A stretch of 64,000 nucleotides of DNA, from the IMG/VR virus record IMGVR_UViG_3300039412_000320; one strand, written 5' to 3'. Origin of the DNA: a virus. Position numbers and translations under genes: made by a program. The notes under the pieces were generated by a model. It was not told the DNA's origin and did no database searches. It saw nothing but the letters and a program-made list of their open reading frames with translations. Positions 1 through 9,967 of this stretch are shown here, in pieces (position 1 is the first letter of the stretch; every line of letters starts with the position of its first letter).

Positions 1-826
1 TACCATTCACCAGAGGAAGGCTGCTTCCAAGCACAGTGCTGGTAGTCGTATCCGTTACCGTCACCGTCCCCGTGGGGATGGAAGTGGGGCTTCCTATGGC
101 ATTGATGGAGATAAGCAACGGGGTAGAAGCAACCGAAGGGTTGGGGTTGGAGGATATGATAACTGACGGCAAAGCGACGGGTCCTGCTACGATGGCATTC
201 CACGCCGGGGTGGAAACCCATGTCGCTGTTCCAGTGACCGTGTTGGGTGGAGGACTGCCAGCGGCGGAGAGGAATGCGGCATAGGCGTAGTTAGCGGGAC
301 TGCCGGTGTGGGTGGAATCCCCAAATTGATGTTGCAGCGTGTAGCCAGCGGGGAGGAACCCGCTTCCCGTTACTTGCTGGTCCCACACGAATGCCACTAA
401 AGCCAAACTGGGACTGAGGACGGGGAAACTCGCCGTCATCGTACCGGTGGTGCTGGGAGTGGGGTTGGCTTGTCCACTGTGATAAGTCAAAGTGGGCTGC
501 CCGGTAATCTCTACCAGAATTCCATCTTGTACAGCGGTGTAAACTTCACTGTCACCACCGATGTAAAAGTTATAAGTCTTGCCATCTCCAGCTTGAGCAA
601 CCCTTGTGAAAGCCGCCCCGCCATAGGTAGACTCATCGAATCCATTGAAATAGTTCCAATTGCCGGGACCGAGGACGTTAAGAATACCATTGCCGCTGCC
701 CACTGTGAAGAACAGCATGGTGTTACCGGGGGTAGGGGTATTGGGGAAACTGGTATTCCAACTCGCTATGGGTCCATCATTGCGAGAGTAACCCACCTGC
801 ACGATTTGTGGCGCTTGTAAGGGCAT
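1..826 (-). CDS. 5'-partial at window edge? No: 3'-partial gene (start ATG at 826, continues past coordinate 1); Gly/Thr/Ser/Pro-rich protein, tail-fibre-like structural protein
   Basis: Manual translation of minus strand from ATG 826..824 (MPLQAPQIVQVGYSRNDGPIASWNTSFPNTPTPGN...) is open for every codon checked; start overlaps stop of upstream gene as TAATG; composition typical of fibre/structural proteins. Not in ORF track because no stop inside window. Confidence 0.45.
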   Translation of the reverse strand, partial: MPLQAPQIVQVGYSRNDGPIASWNTSFPNTPTPGNTMLFFTVGSGNGILNVLGPGNWNYFNGFDESTYGGAAFTRVAQAGDGKTYNFYIGGDSEVYTAVQDGILVEITGQPTLTYHSGQANPTPSTTGTMTASFPVLSPSLALVAFVWDQQVTGSGFLPAGYTLQHQFGDSTHTGSPANYAYAAFLSAAGSPPPNTVTGTATWVSTPAWNAIVAGPVALPSVIISSNPNPSVASTPLLISINAIGSPTSIPTGTVTVTDTTTSTVLGSSLPLVNG

Positions 827-1113
827 TAGAGAGCCTCCCCATATTGGAACGGTGGGCTAGGCATGTGGTGGATGACCTGTATCACCCCTTGCAGGTTGAA
901 TGGCCGGTTGGCGAACAGCAGGTACCGATTGTTTACGGCGTCGTAAGAGGCATTTTGAATCACCAGCGGTATGCCATCCACGTAAACCTCCACATCCACC
1001 GTGGGGTCAAACTCTACCGGTGGGCTGGTAGGCTTAATAAGCGGACCGATGTAGTTGCCCAACAGGAGTTGGATGCGGTTCGGATAGGGCGCATTGGTAA
1101 CGGCGGTCAGCAT
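826..1113 (-). CDS. hypothetical protein (95 aa)
   Basis: ORF in track; start overlaps stop of 1113..2324 gene (coupled). Confidence 0.5.
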   Translation of the reverse strand: MLTAVTNAPYPNRIQLLLGNYIGPLIKPTSPPVEFDPTVDVEVYVDGIPLVIQNASYDAVNNRYLLFANRPFNLQGVIQVIHHMPSPPFQYGEAL

Positions 1114-2324
1114 TATTCCCCACTCTTAAGGAACTTCAAAAACTCCTCGTATCCTTCTTCGGAAGCATACTTCTCAATCATGCTCATCTCCAAGCTTGTG
1201 CGCTTGCGGAGTAGTTTCTTCCACCACTCACCGGGTATCTTCTCCTGCAATCGCTCTAACCACCGTCTCGGTAGGTTGGGCTTCTTCCTTTGCTGGAGCT
1301 TCTTCTCCTCTTGCTTGATAAGGTCGTTAAGGTCCGGCTGTTTCTTGGGAGCGGGGGCTGGCGGCGGTGTAACATTTGTGGCCTTTTCATCCCGTTTGAC
1401 TACCTGCTGCTTGGGTGGTTGCGGAGGCTTGGGGGCCGGTCCCTTCGGCTTTGGCTCCATGGGCTTGGGAGCCGTGGGTTTGTTCAACGGCGGCAAGGCG
1501 GGCGGTTGCTCCCCCTTACCCCTCTCCAACTTCTCTGTCTCTTCCTCCAGAAGGTCGTCAATCATCTCCTTCTGCTTGTCGGGGTCTGTGGTCTTCACAA
1601 TCTGGTCAATTTCTTTGCGCTTGCGCATCTCTTCCTGACGCTCTTCCAGCCGAATGCCCTTCTCAGTTGGGATTTCCTCCTCCAACCGCTTCTTGTTAAG
1701 CTCCACCTGCCGCTTGCGCACAATGTTCTGGATGTTGTGCTGAATAGCGGGCAGGATGCGCTCGAAGACCGTCTTGACATGCTTGCAGATAACGAAGTTG
1801 CCCCGGAGGTCTAACCGTTCTGTGGGGGCTTGTAGAAGAGGCCGGGGCTGCCCATGCAGACCGTCCCGCTGGTGGAGATTCCATTGTGCGCCCCAATACA
1901 GGAATGCCGGGCAGGAGCAGGAGACCCGGACATCAATCTGCCTTGCATCCTGTGTTTTTTCCACCTGACTTAAATCGAACTGGACTTGCACGTCGTGTCC
2001 CTTGGGGTCGGAATAATTCTCGTGGCAGGTGACCTTGTAGGCAAGGTAAAGCTCCTTGGGTTTGGAACTGATGGGCTTGACCTCGCACCCGGCCCGGCGC
2101 TTGACGGAAAAAGCATTGGTCTGCCGGATGAGTTCCGGGAGGGAGATAGCTACCTTGGTGAAAGGTGGAGAAGTGAGGGATATGGGGATGCTAATCCATG
2201 TGCCTTGTTTGACTTGCCATGGGTTATATCCTCCCAGAATCATCCTGCTGAGCATCTGCTGGAAGTCTGGGGTCCAGTCTGGTGCGAGATTTTGCACTTG
2301 CGCTAAAGCCATAGACTCCCTCAT
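1113..2324 (-). CDS. SWIM zinc-finger-containing protein with Pro/Lys-rich low-complexity C-terminus
   Basis: CxCx(n)CxH pattern (VSCSCPAFLYWGAQWNLHQRDG...FVICKHV) characteristic of SWIM domain; long ORF. Confidence 0.6.
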   Translation of the reverse strand: MRESMALAQVQNLAPDWTPDFQQMLSRMILGGYNPWQVKQGTWISIPISLTSPPFTKVAISLPELIRQTNAFSVKRRAGCEVKPISSKPKELYLAYKVTCHENYSDPKGHDVQVQFDLSQVEKTQDARQIDVRVSCSCPAFLYWGAQWNLHQRDGLHGQPRPLLQAPTERLDLRGNFVICKHVKTVFERILPAIQHNIQNIVRKRQVELNKKRLEEEIPTEKGIRLEERQEEMRKRKEIDQIVKTTDPDKQKEMIDDLLEEETEKLERGKGEQPPALPPLNKPTAPKPMEPKPKGPAPKPPQPPKQQVVKRDEKATNVTPPPAPAPKKQPDLNDLIKQEEKKLQQRKKPNLPRRWLERLQEKIPGEWWKKLLRKRTSLEMSMIEKYASEEGYEEFLKFLKSGE

Positions 2325-2341
2325 CTATGAACTGAAAAGCC

Positions 2342-2971
2342 TTATGAATTTCTCTTACGTTTTCCCCGCATTAAGGAACGAGAGATTTCGGTGTGTTTCT
2401 TACCAAAAAACGGGTTACTTTTACCGGACATTTTTTGACGAATTTTTTCCTTTGTTGTTTCACTACAGGGAATCCCCCTCCTCCCTTTACTAATTTTTCG
2501 GCATGTCTCTAAGGTTGGTTTTCTTCCAAGACTAGCTTGACGTAGCTTTTCTATGGTTTCCAGCGTAAATTTCCGACTACTATTCCACTCTCTCAATGCC
2601 TGTTTTCGTTCTTTGGTCCACGCTTTTGACATTTTTAATCTGGTCTCAAGGGTGTGACTGCCGGTGTGTCCCTCCCCTCCGCTACAAAGATTATATCCTA
2701 TATCCGGGTAGTGAGACCCGAGAGCTTTTATAAGAAATCGTTCCCAATAACAAAGTTCTTCATTGGTTTGTAAATCAGAAATTACGGGGTGAATGCTCCA
2801 TACAGAAGAGGGACATTTCCACATAGCTGAAAAAAGGTGGGACCCTCCTCGATAATTTCCTTTGATAGCATCGCTAATTTTTCTTCTTAAATAAGAGTTT
2901 AAGTTAGAACCGATGGTTTTGCCAACGTAGATTTTAAGAGTTTCTTGATTAACTATGATGTAAACAAACAT
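2342..2971 (-). CDS. GIY-YIG homing endonuclease with NUMOD3-like repeats
   Basis: N-terminal IYVGKT...GYN motifs; C-terminal repeated ETRxKxSxAxxG modules (NUMOD3-like). Confidence 0.85.
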   Translation of the reverse strand: MFVYIIVNQETLKIYVGKTIGSNLNSYLRRKISDAIKGNYRGGSHLFSAMWKCPSSVWSIHPVISDLQTNEELCYWERFLIKALGSHYPDIGYNLCSGGEGHTGSHTLETRLKMSKAWTKERKQALREWNSSRKFTLETIEKLRQASLGRKPTLETCRKISKGRRGIPCSETTKEKIRQKMSGKSNPFFGKKHTEISRSLMRGKRKRNS

Positions 2972-3019
2972 TTGAAAAATCCCCTATAAAGCCTTTAGGT
3001 AGTTCAAAAGTTACGGGGA

Positions 3020-3436
3020 TTAAGAGGGGGAAAGCTGGCTTTCCGTAGCTTCCTGCGGAGGGGCTTCATCAACGGGTGTTGACTCCACTCGTTTACGGCG
3101 CTTGAACGCTTTCTCGGTGGGAGGTTCCTCTTGAGGCAACGGGAGATGAGGAAGATTCTCCATAACATCCTTAGCGACCTTCTCCGCTGCGGCGGAAGAG
3201 ATAAGCGCCATGCCTTCCACTTTACCGGCAGGTATCTTGACTTCCAAGAGGAACTTGCTTTTCAGAAAAGCCTCAATGACCAACGGAGCGACCTTGATGA
3301 CCTTCTCAAATTTGCCGTTCCGAAAAACCGTGAGAGAGTTTCCATGCTTGGGGTCATAGGATAGCTGGTCCCCCGGTCGCACATAGAACTTGTAACCCTC
3401 AAAGTTTATCGTACTATTTGCCACAAAACTCTTCAT
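3020..3436 (-). CDS. hypothetical protein (138 aa)
   Basis: ORF in track, same strand as neighbours. Confidence 0.5.
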   Translation of the reverse strand: MKSFVANSTINFEGYKFYVRPGDQLSYDPKHGNSLTVFRNGKFEKVIKVAPLVIEAFLKSKFLLEVKIPAGKVEGMALISSAAAEKVAKDVMENLPHLPLPQEEPPTEKAFKRRKRVESTPVDEAPPQEATESQLSPS

Positions 3437-3458
3437 TTTTCACACCCCCGTTAATGGG

Positions 3459-3893
3459 TCAGATAGCGTACTCCTGCTTGATTTCCTTAATTTCCTTCCG
3501 ATTCCCGGCAATGAACTTAATCAACCCCTCGGCATACTTGGTCTGCCGTTCGTCCCCGGAAAGGGCCTCATAATCAGCCTTGGTCTGAGTGATTTGTCGT
3601 TGCAGGTCCGCAACCCGTTTCTTTGCTTTCGCCAATGCTGTTTCTTCATCAACGCTGGGAACACGTAGATACGGGTCGTAATCGTTCACCCCCTCGAAGC
3701 CATCAGGCAGAATGACGCAGGTTTCCAAGTCGGTGTCAAACTGTAGCCTAAGATATTCACCGTCAATAAGGTAACGGCCTACAAGTTCATCAACCTTGTC
3801 GTAAGGAAGCTTGCTTTGACGGGCAAAGGAATGAAGGTTAGACTCCAAATCCTCATCGTCCGGGCAGTAAAGTGAAACCGTGAATCGGGGCAT
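3459..3893 (-). CDS. hypothetical protein (start adjusted to internal Met MPRFTVSLY to avoid overlap with upstream gene)
   Basis: ORF 3459..4052; N-terminal 53 aa of track ORF are Ser/Thr/Arg-rich and overlap the upstream gene. Confidence 0.45.
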   Translation of the reverse strand: MPRFTVSLYCPDDEDLESNLHSFARQSKLPYDKVDELVGRYLIDGEYLRLQFDTDLETCVILPDGFEGVNDYDPYLRVPSVDEETALAKAKKRVADLQRQITQTKADYEALSGDERQTKYAEGLIKFIAGNRKEIKEIKQEYAI

Positions 3894-4002
3894 AGACTCC
3901 TCCGTAGGATAATACTGAGTTTCGGAGGAAAGGTGGGCTAAAAAGAGAACGGCGGGGGTCCCGAAAGACCCCCGCCGTGGAGTTGTACAATCAGAGGGGC
4001 GA

Positions 4003-5004
4003 TTAGTTCTCGCCGATGTTCTGACCGGTGATGAAGGACTCGTACCGACCATTGACGGTAAGCCGTTGAACTCCCGAAGGATTGAAGACTAAAAATCCGA
4101 GATTCTCAAAAATCGAAAACCCGATTTGCCTCAAATCCGGGCGGTCTGCCGACATAACGGTGAGCGGGATACGCTCCGGGATGACGCCCAAGAACTCGGC
4201 ATCAGCGAGAATGTATACGCAGCCGTAGCCGACTTTACGGGACTGGAGGAGTGTAGCCCCCCACAGGTAGCCCATGACGCCGGTCTTGAGTAGCTTACGC
4301 TGCGTCTCACGGTCGATATTTTGCTGCGTCCACTTCAACAGGTCCGTGTAGTCACGGGGGTTGAAGAAACAGAACGCAACCGACAGGTCATGCCGCTGCA
4401 CCTGTCCGAATCCATCAGCCATGGAGTTGATGTCAATGGGAGCGCTGATGGCGATGTCCCCATTGTAGACTGGGTCAAACAGGCCCGAGCCTGCCTTGGC
4501 AACGTTGTCGGCAGCCACTTGCGTGTTGGCTGCGGCGGCAACTGCGTCGAACAATCCGAAAACGTATCCGTCTTCGGCTGCGCCGACTTCCGCCTTGGCG
4601 AGGTTCAGAGAACGAGCGACCAAGTCGAACCGACGTTCCTTAATCTGGGTGATGGGAATCATCGGGTTGCTGACGATTTCAAAGGTCGGAACGGTGACCC
4701 GCTTGGGCTTGGTGACCCGAACGATGTCTCCGCCTTCCTCACCAACGACGAAGGCTTCAACAAATGACCCACCCGGTGTGCTGGACACCGTCTGTGCCAT
4801 GATGTCAAATTCCTTGTCATAGATGGGGAGTGCGCCGTCCGGTAGCGTTTCGACCATAAGAGCCTTGCGAGCAATGCTCATATAGTCACGACGCCGACGA
4901 AGGGACGGTCCGAGGCTAGCGGCAAGCTTTTGGCGTCCGCCAGCGGTCTTGAGAAGCTGACCCAACATAGCAGTCTGCTGTTGGGTACGGGAAAGATTTG
5001 CCAT
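4003..5004 (-). CDS. putative major capsid protein (HK97-fold-like), tentative
   Basis: 333 aa, size and composition typical of phage major capsid proteins; sits among structural-looking genes; no search done. Confidence 0.4.
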   Translation of the reverse strand: MANLSRTQQQTAMLGQLLKTAGGRQKLAASLGPSLRRRRDYMSIARKALMVETLPDGALPIYDKEFDIMAQTVSSTPGGSFVEAFVVGEEGGDIVRVTKPKRVTVPTFEIVSNPMIPITQIKERRFDLVARSLNLAKAEVGAAEDGYVFGLFDAVAAAANTQVAADNVAKAGSGLFDPVYNGDIAISAPIDINSMADGFGQVQRHDLSVAFCFFNPRDYTDLLKWTQQNIDRETQRKLLKTGVMGYLWGATLLQSRKVGYGCVYILADAEFLGVIPERIPLTVMSADRPDLRQIGFSIFENLGFLVFNPSGVQRLTVNGRYESFITGQNIGEN

Positions 5005-5033
5005 TTGAATTACCTCTTTTTCCTGTTCCTTGC

Positions 5034-5062
5034 CTAATCGGTGGGGTAGCCTAAGCTACCTT
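5034..5062 (-). terminator. short hairpin (gtagc-ttag-gctac) after Gly/Thr-rich gene
   Basis: 5-bp stem with tetraloop immediately downstream of stop at 5067; no U-tract. Confidence 0.2.
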
Positions 5063-5066
5063 CCAA

Positions 5067-5699
5067 TTAGAGCAGACTTGCTACGCCCAGCCACGGCTCC
5101 TGAGTGCTGGGGACGTGAGTGCAGATGCCGACCGGGATGTAGCCGTTCGTTCCGCCAGTGGTGCCAGAGTGTGCCTTATCGGTGTAAAGTCCAACGTTAC
5201 TCGTGGAATTTCCACCGCAGTACACATAAGCACCGGCGACAAACGCTACGCCAGCCTGCGTGTCATACGACTCTTGGTTGATGTTGCCCTGCCAGAGACC
5301 ACGAACCACTGGGGCCTTCTTGCTGCCCGCAGGTCCAATGGCACCGGAGAATTCACCGGGGCCGTTGATGAGGGCGGCGAACGGAACATTGCCCGCTGCT
5401 ACTGTGGTTGTGGCGTTGGAGGTATACTGCCTGTCACCGGGGTTGAACGGACCCGTTCCAATGATGCCCGCAGTTGCAGTCTCGGTGCTGCCGAGAGTGC
5501 TGTCTACGTTACAAGGAACGATGACCGTTTCCACGTTGGAGGCGTTCTGGGGGTTTCCTGCGATAGCCATGATACGACCTGACAGATACCCTGCGTTAAT
5601 CAGGGTGGTCTGGTCAGTTCCGGGGTCTCCGGTGAGGAGAACGTCGGGCGTAGCATTAACGCTATCGTTTTGACCGTAATAGACTAATTTAAGTCCCAT
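5067..5699 (-). CDS. Gly/Thr-rich putative virion structural protein
   Basis: 210 aa, GT-rich composition; follows hairpin after putative capsid gene. Confidence 0.5.
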   Translation of the reverse strand: MGLKLVYYGQNDSVNATPDVLLTGDPGTDQTTLINAGYLSGRIMAIAGNPQNASNVETVIVPCNVDSTLGSTETATAGIIGTGPFNPGDRQYTSNATTTVAAGNVPFAALINGPGEFSGAIGPAGSKKAPVVRGLWQGNINQESYDTQAGVAFVAGAYVYCGGNSTSNVGLYTDKAHSGTTGGTNGYIPVGICTHVPSTQEPWLGVASLL

Positions 5700-5741
5700 A
5701 AGTTCTTTCCTTTGTTGAACTTAGGAGATTTTTGTCTCCAT

Positions 5742-5769
5742 GTAGAAGGTTGGATTAACCTGTATACCC
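5742..5769 (-). promoter_or_regulatory. degenerate type-B-like motif (GGGTATA-N14-CCTTCTAC) in divergent intergenic region
   Basis: About 60 nt upstream of ATG 5699; spacing differs from the three strong copies. Confidence 0.25.
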
Positions 5770-5933
5770 AATCCTCTGTCTAGGAGTAGACTCGGGACTA
5801 TAGGAAAACAGGCTGCTTCATACATTTAAAGGAGTTGATAGCAAAGATATTATTTTACCGACATTTGTCGATAAAATAACAGCTTGGCCATAAAACACAA
5901 CTATCCACTCCTTCATAAAGAGGGGATGGTAAA

Positions 5934-6584
5934 ATGCAAATCTACTTGGTGACTAATCTTGTTAACAACAAGATGTACGTCGGACAAACAATTCAGAGCG
6001 TAGAAAGGCGATGGCGGAAACACCTTAGCAACGCTAGGATGGGGCAACAAGACCGTCTCTATCAGGCCATCCGCAAATATGGACCAGAGGCATTTATAGC
6101 AGAGGGCCTAACCCGATGTAATAGCCTGGAACAGATGAACAACCTGGAGAAGCTCTGGATTGCCTTGCTTGGGACTTACGATTACGAATCAGGATACAAT
6201 ATGACGCCTGGAGGAGACGGACGCCCCGTACTTTGCACAGAAGAAACAAGAAAAAAGATAAGTAAAACACGCAAGGGCCAACCTTGCCCGCAATCAACGA
6301 AAGAGGCGGTTGGTAAACGGCATAAGGGGAAACCCAAGCCCATATCTCAACGGCAGAAGATGGCTGCCCACTGGAACACTGAAACTGAACAGGGTAGAAA
6401 CCGACGTTCAAAACAAGCGGATGTTGCCCGCCAAGTTAACGCTATCGAAAATGTCAAACTTAAGGACTACACCTGTCCCACCTGTAAGAAAGAGTTTAAA
6501 CAGGTGACAAAGGGAGCATATGGCGGTCATCGCAAGGCGTGTCTGTTTTGGAATATTCCCTATGAGGGTACTGTTATCGAATAA
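5934..6584 (+). CDS. GIY-YIG homing endonuclease (free-standing, opposite strand to neighbours)
   Basis: MQIYLVTNLVNNKMYVGQT...RWRKH...GYNMTPGGDG motifs; NUMOD3-like C-terminal modules. Confidence 0.85.
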   Translation: MQIYLVTNLVNNKMYVGQTIQSVERRWRKHLSNARMGQQDRLYQAIRKYGPEAFIAEGLTRCNSLEQMNNLEKLWIALLGTYDYESGYNMTPGGDGRPVLCTEETRKKISKTRKGQPCPQSTKEAVGKRHKGKPKPISQRQKMAAHWNTETEQGRNRRSKQADVARQVNAIENVKLKDYTCPTCKKEFKQVTKGAYGGHRKACLFWNIPYEGTVIE

Positions 6585-6698
6585 GGCAGGACGCCCGAAA
6601 CTACTGTTAATGGCGGCTCCGGGCGCATGGTGGAAGGACTCATAAAAACTAACCCCCGGCGAGTGATAACTGCCGGGGGTGGGGTTGCACCTGCGAAA

Positions 6699-9059
6699 TT
6701 AGTCATTCGGGATACCGTCGTTGGGTCCGAACATCGCATCGCCAATGTTGATTGCCTTTGGCGTGGAGGCGTCGGAAGCCATCACCGGCTTAATTTTCTT
6801 AAGCGTCGGCTTGGCGGCGGGCTTGGCGGCTGCCTTGGGAGCGGCTGCCTTACCTTGGGACTGAGGAGTCTGTCCGGGGGCGGGTTCCTTCAAAGCGGGA
6901 ACGGCGTCCTGCGGAGTACGGACGGGACCAGTGCCAGTAGAGTTTTCCTTGAACTCCTGCGGCTCGGGGGCGGCGTCAGTGATGACTTCGGCCCACAGGT
7001 CGTCCTTGTGGTCTTCCTCGTTGTTACGGCTATCGGCGGAAGTTTCCTTCTGCTCGAAGTGCTTAGCGGCGGTTCCGTCGTAGGCCGGGATGACTTCCAT
7101 ACCCGCCACGGAGGCGGCGGTACGGACCTGACCAAGGAGGGTTGCCAACGGGTCGTCATCGGCACCTTGACGGCTGAACATGGAGGCTACGACATCCCCG
7201 AATTCCTGAATGCCGTTGTTGTCCAGAGCAGCTTCCATGGTAGAGGCGGCGGACGGCGAGAAGAAGTCAGCACCGGAGTTGTCACCTTCGTTGGCGAGGG
7301 CGGAGGTCTTCTCCTCCATGTTGTCCTCGTTAAAGATGTTCTCAAGGTTGAGTTCCTGTTCGGCACCTTCGCCTTCGAGGTTCTCTCCTTCACCTTCAAC
7401 GGACTGCCCCTCGCCTTCGAGAGTCTCACCCACTTGCTCAAGTTCCTCACCTTCGGTTTCAAGGACGCCCTCGGGCACGTCTTCTCCCTCGGTCTCTTCT
7501 TGAGCAACCGCTTCCTCAAGCTCGTGGATTTCGGTTACAAGTTCCTGTGCCTTTTCGCCGAGGTCCTTAATCTTCTCCTCGGTCACCATCTCACCAGCAC
7601 CGGCTGCATCACCCATCGGTCCCTCGGGCGGCAGTCCACCTTCGGCGGGTGGCATTTCACCTTCCACCGGAGGCATATCAGCGGGCGGCATCTCGCCTTC
7701 CACGGGTGCTGCATCCATGGGGGGCGCTGTATCTACTGGAGGTGCGGCGGGCGGAGCGGCGGGGGCTGCCGGGGCGGCTGCCTCGGGTCCGGGATACGCC
7801 TTCTTACTCTTAACGGCGGCTGCCTTGGCGGCGGTACACTTGGCGCACATCTTACCACCCTTGCAGTTCGGGCAAGTGGCTGTCTTGGCGGCTGCCTTGG
7901 GCGCTCCATCTCCACCTTCGGCCTTGGATGCACCTTCCGATAGATTCACCGTGTCTCCGGGGCGCTCACCAGCACCGGGACGCTCGGCTGCTTTACCGGC
8001 ATCGACTTCCTTCGGCTCCGAGGCGGTACCACCACCATGACCACGCCCGTCATTATAGGTCGGGGTCTGCGGTCCGGCATCCTGCCGGTCATCCGCTTTC
8101 TTGGCGGAGGCATTAACGGCCTCACCCTTGATTTCGGACTTCACGGCGCTCTTCTCTGCCGCCAAGTCACCGGGCTTATCAGCCTTCTCGGTGTCGTTCA
8201 TTTCGTCCCTGTGGACTTCCTTGAGCGTACCGAGGTCAGCAAGCCGGGTATAGTGGGCGTTGACGGCGGTCTGCTTGAGAGCAGCCTTCAAAGCGCTCGT
8301 CTTGTTGGCGAGCAGGCTTTGAGCAAACGCTTTCTGGGCTTCCACCGGAGCAGTGGGCAGCATCGTCTTGGCGATAGTCCAAGCAGCAGCCACACGAGTC
8401 TTGGCTTCCCGCTTGATAGCGTCCTTATCCGCCTTGACAGCGGCGATGGATTCCTTCATTGAAACCTTAGTGTCTTTTGCCATAATCTTTCCCCTCTCGG
8501 AGTTAGGGCTGTTGCTGCCCTTCTTATCAGGTATTTGATAGTTCTGTTTTTTGCTCGCCATCATGGGTTGGGCGGGAGCGGGCGGTGGTTCCGGGGGTAC
8601 CCCAGTGGTTCCCTCGGGGGTTTGCGGTGGTTCGGCGGGTATCTCAGCGGGTGGTTCTGCCATGGGTGCCTCAGCGGGTGATACTGGTGCTTCGGCGAGA
8701 GGGGGTTCTGCGGGTGGTTCTGCCTCGGGGGTTAGGCCGGGGCCGGGAGGAGTGGTATTTCCCAGCTTATCCCCGGTAGCGATATCTCCGAGGGTCTGGT
8801 CCAGTCCATCCAACTCACTCTTGAGTTCAGGAGACCAAGGACCTTGCTTGAAGCGTTCCCAAGCGTTCAGGAACTCTACTTTCTCCTTCATGCCTTGGAT
8901 ATCCTTCTCGATTTCCTTACGCTTTTCAGCGAGATAATCGAAAGTCTTCCCACCCTCACCCTCGGGAAGAGTCATATCCAAGTTCTTGATTTCATTGTCC
9001 AAAGCGCCAAGCTCTGCAACCTTGCGCCTATATACGGAGATGAGTGGATTTATTACCAT
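6699..9059 (-). CDS. large (786 aa) low-complexity Pro/Ala/Glu-rich protein with CxxC zinc ribbon; possible scaffold/internal virion protein
   Basis: PAEPP, EGE and APAAP repeats; TCPNCKGGKMCAKC zinc ribbon; acidic tracts. Confidence 0.6.
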   Translation of the reverse strand: MVINPLISVYRRKVAELGALDNEIKNLDMTLPEGEGGKTFDYLAEKRKEIEKDIQGMKEKVEFLNAWERFKQGPWSPELKSELDGLDQTLGDIATGDKLGNTTPPGPGLTPEAEPPAEPPLAEAPVSPAEAPMAEPPAEIPAEPPQTPEGTTGVPPEPPPAPAQPMMASKKQNYQIPDKKGSNSPNSERGKIMAKDTKVSMKESIAAVKADKDAIKREAKTRVAAAWTIAKTMLPTAPVEAQKAFAQSLLANKTSALKAALKQTAVNAHYTRLADLGTLKEVHRDEMNDTEKADKPGDLAAEKSAVKSEIKGEAVNASAKKADDRQDAGPQTPTYNDGRGHGGGTASEPKEVDAGKAAERPGAGERPGDTVNLSEGASKAEGGDGAPKAAAKTATCPNCKGGKMCAKCTAAKAAAVKSKKAYPGPEAAAPAAPAAPPAAPPVDTAPPMDAAPVEGEMPPADMPPVEGEMPPAEGGLPPEGPMGDAAGAGEMVTEEKIKDLGEKAQELVTEIHELEEAVAQEETEGEDVPEGVLETEGEELEQVGETLEGEGQSVEGEGENLEGEGAEQELNLENIFNEDNMEEKTSALANEGDNSGADFFSPSAASTMEAALDNNGIQEFGDVVASMFSRQGADDDPLATLLGQVRTAASVAGMEVIPAYDGTAAKHFEQKETSADSRNNEEDHKDDLWAEVITDAAPEPQEFKENSTGTGPVRTPQDAVPALKEPAPGQTPQSQGKAAAPKAAAKPAAKPTLKKIKPVMASDASTPKAINIGDAMFGPNDGIPND

Positions 9060-9961
9060 TAGCGTAGGTTCCTTCCGTCGTCCCGAGAGAGGAGAAGCTC
9101 TCCCACATTAAGACCTTCATAGTTGCCATTTTCTGAGGCTGCTTTAGCAAAAACTGCTTTCTCGGACCCACGAATATGGTTGGTATACTTGGTAGCGGGG
9201 CCAAGCCACTCGTTGGAGACTATCGACCGCTTGACAGCGCCGGGAAACGCTGGAGTTTGTACCCAAGAAGCCTCTACGAATTTCACACCTCCCCCCGGAA
9301 GGTATTTATGTCCGCAAAGTTCTGCTACACGGCGTGGAATGCCGTTATCATCCGGCATAAAACTGCCCTTATTGAACTGGAGGTGATGACAATAATTGCT
9401 GGAGTCGGTCACATGCTGACCACAGAAAGAGCAGATTACAAGGTCGGTAACACACCCCATGGATAGGTACTTGACTCTTTCAGACCTAATATCATTGGCA
9501 AGCTTTTCATGCTTAAGGTCAGTAGCCACGAGTATGTCTACAAAATATATATCATCCTGTGGGTCTTGAGTCAGATGTATCTTGCGGAGGACCGAATCAA
9601 TAATATGACCCTTGGCATACTTACTGTTTTGAAAATGTTCCACAAAGTTAAAGGCACCCACAAAGGTTTTGTAGGACAACTTCAGTGTTTCTGGACCCCA
9701 AGCATCGTCATTGTTATTTACAAAAGCCGCACTAGCAGTCCTAATCAACCAATCCTCCGGTTCTTTTTCTAAAGCAACTGATGCCATGATTGTACAGTGT
9801 GACAAAAGATAGCGGGTCTGACTTGCTGCGGTTTTGCAGAACGGATGACTTTGGTCTACATTGTAACCACGAAACGCACTACTCCCATGCATCTTCTCCC
9901 AATCGCTAAAGCTAAGAAGAGGTTCGGCAAGCTCCGCATTGGCAAACTTCTTAAATGACAT
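9059..9961 (-). CDS. hypothetical Cys/His-rich protein (300 aa)
   Basis: ORF in track; stop overlaps start of downstream gene (TAATG). Confidence 0.55.
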   Translation of the reverse strand: MSFKKFANAELAEPLLSFSDWEKMHGSSAFRGYNVDQSHPFCKTAASQTRYLLSHCTIMASVALEKEPEDWLIRTASAAFVNNNDDAWGPETLKLSYKTFVGAFNFVEHFQNSKYAKGHIIDSVLRKIHLTQDPQDDIYFVDILVATDLKHEKLANDIRSERVKYLSMGCVTDLVICSFCGQHVTDSSNYCHHLQFNKGSFMPDDNGIPRRVAELCGHKYLPGGGVKFVEASWVQTPAFPGAVKRSIVSNEWLGPATKYTNHIRGSEKAVFAKAASENGNYEGLNVGELLLSRDDGRNLR

Positions 9962-9967
9962 GTTCCC

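Noticed and set aside
36-1638. Plus-strand ORFs 36..284, 470..820 and 808..1638
   Set aside because: They are antisense to a continuous minus-strand frame coupled by TAATG to neighbouring minus genes. Translations are low-complexity.
7560-7720. Nucleotide-level tandem repeats
   Set aside because: They encode the in-frame MPPxEGEMPP peptide repeats of the 786-aa protein, so are coding low-complexity rather than a separate repeat element.
6627-7943. 438-aa plus-strand ORF
   Set aside because: Antisense to the 786-aa low-complexity gene. Gly/Arg-rich translation with no motifs.
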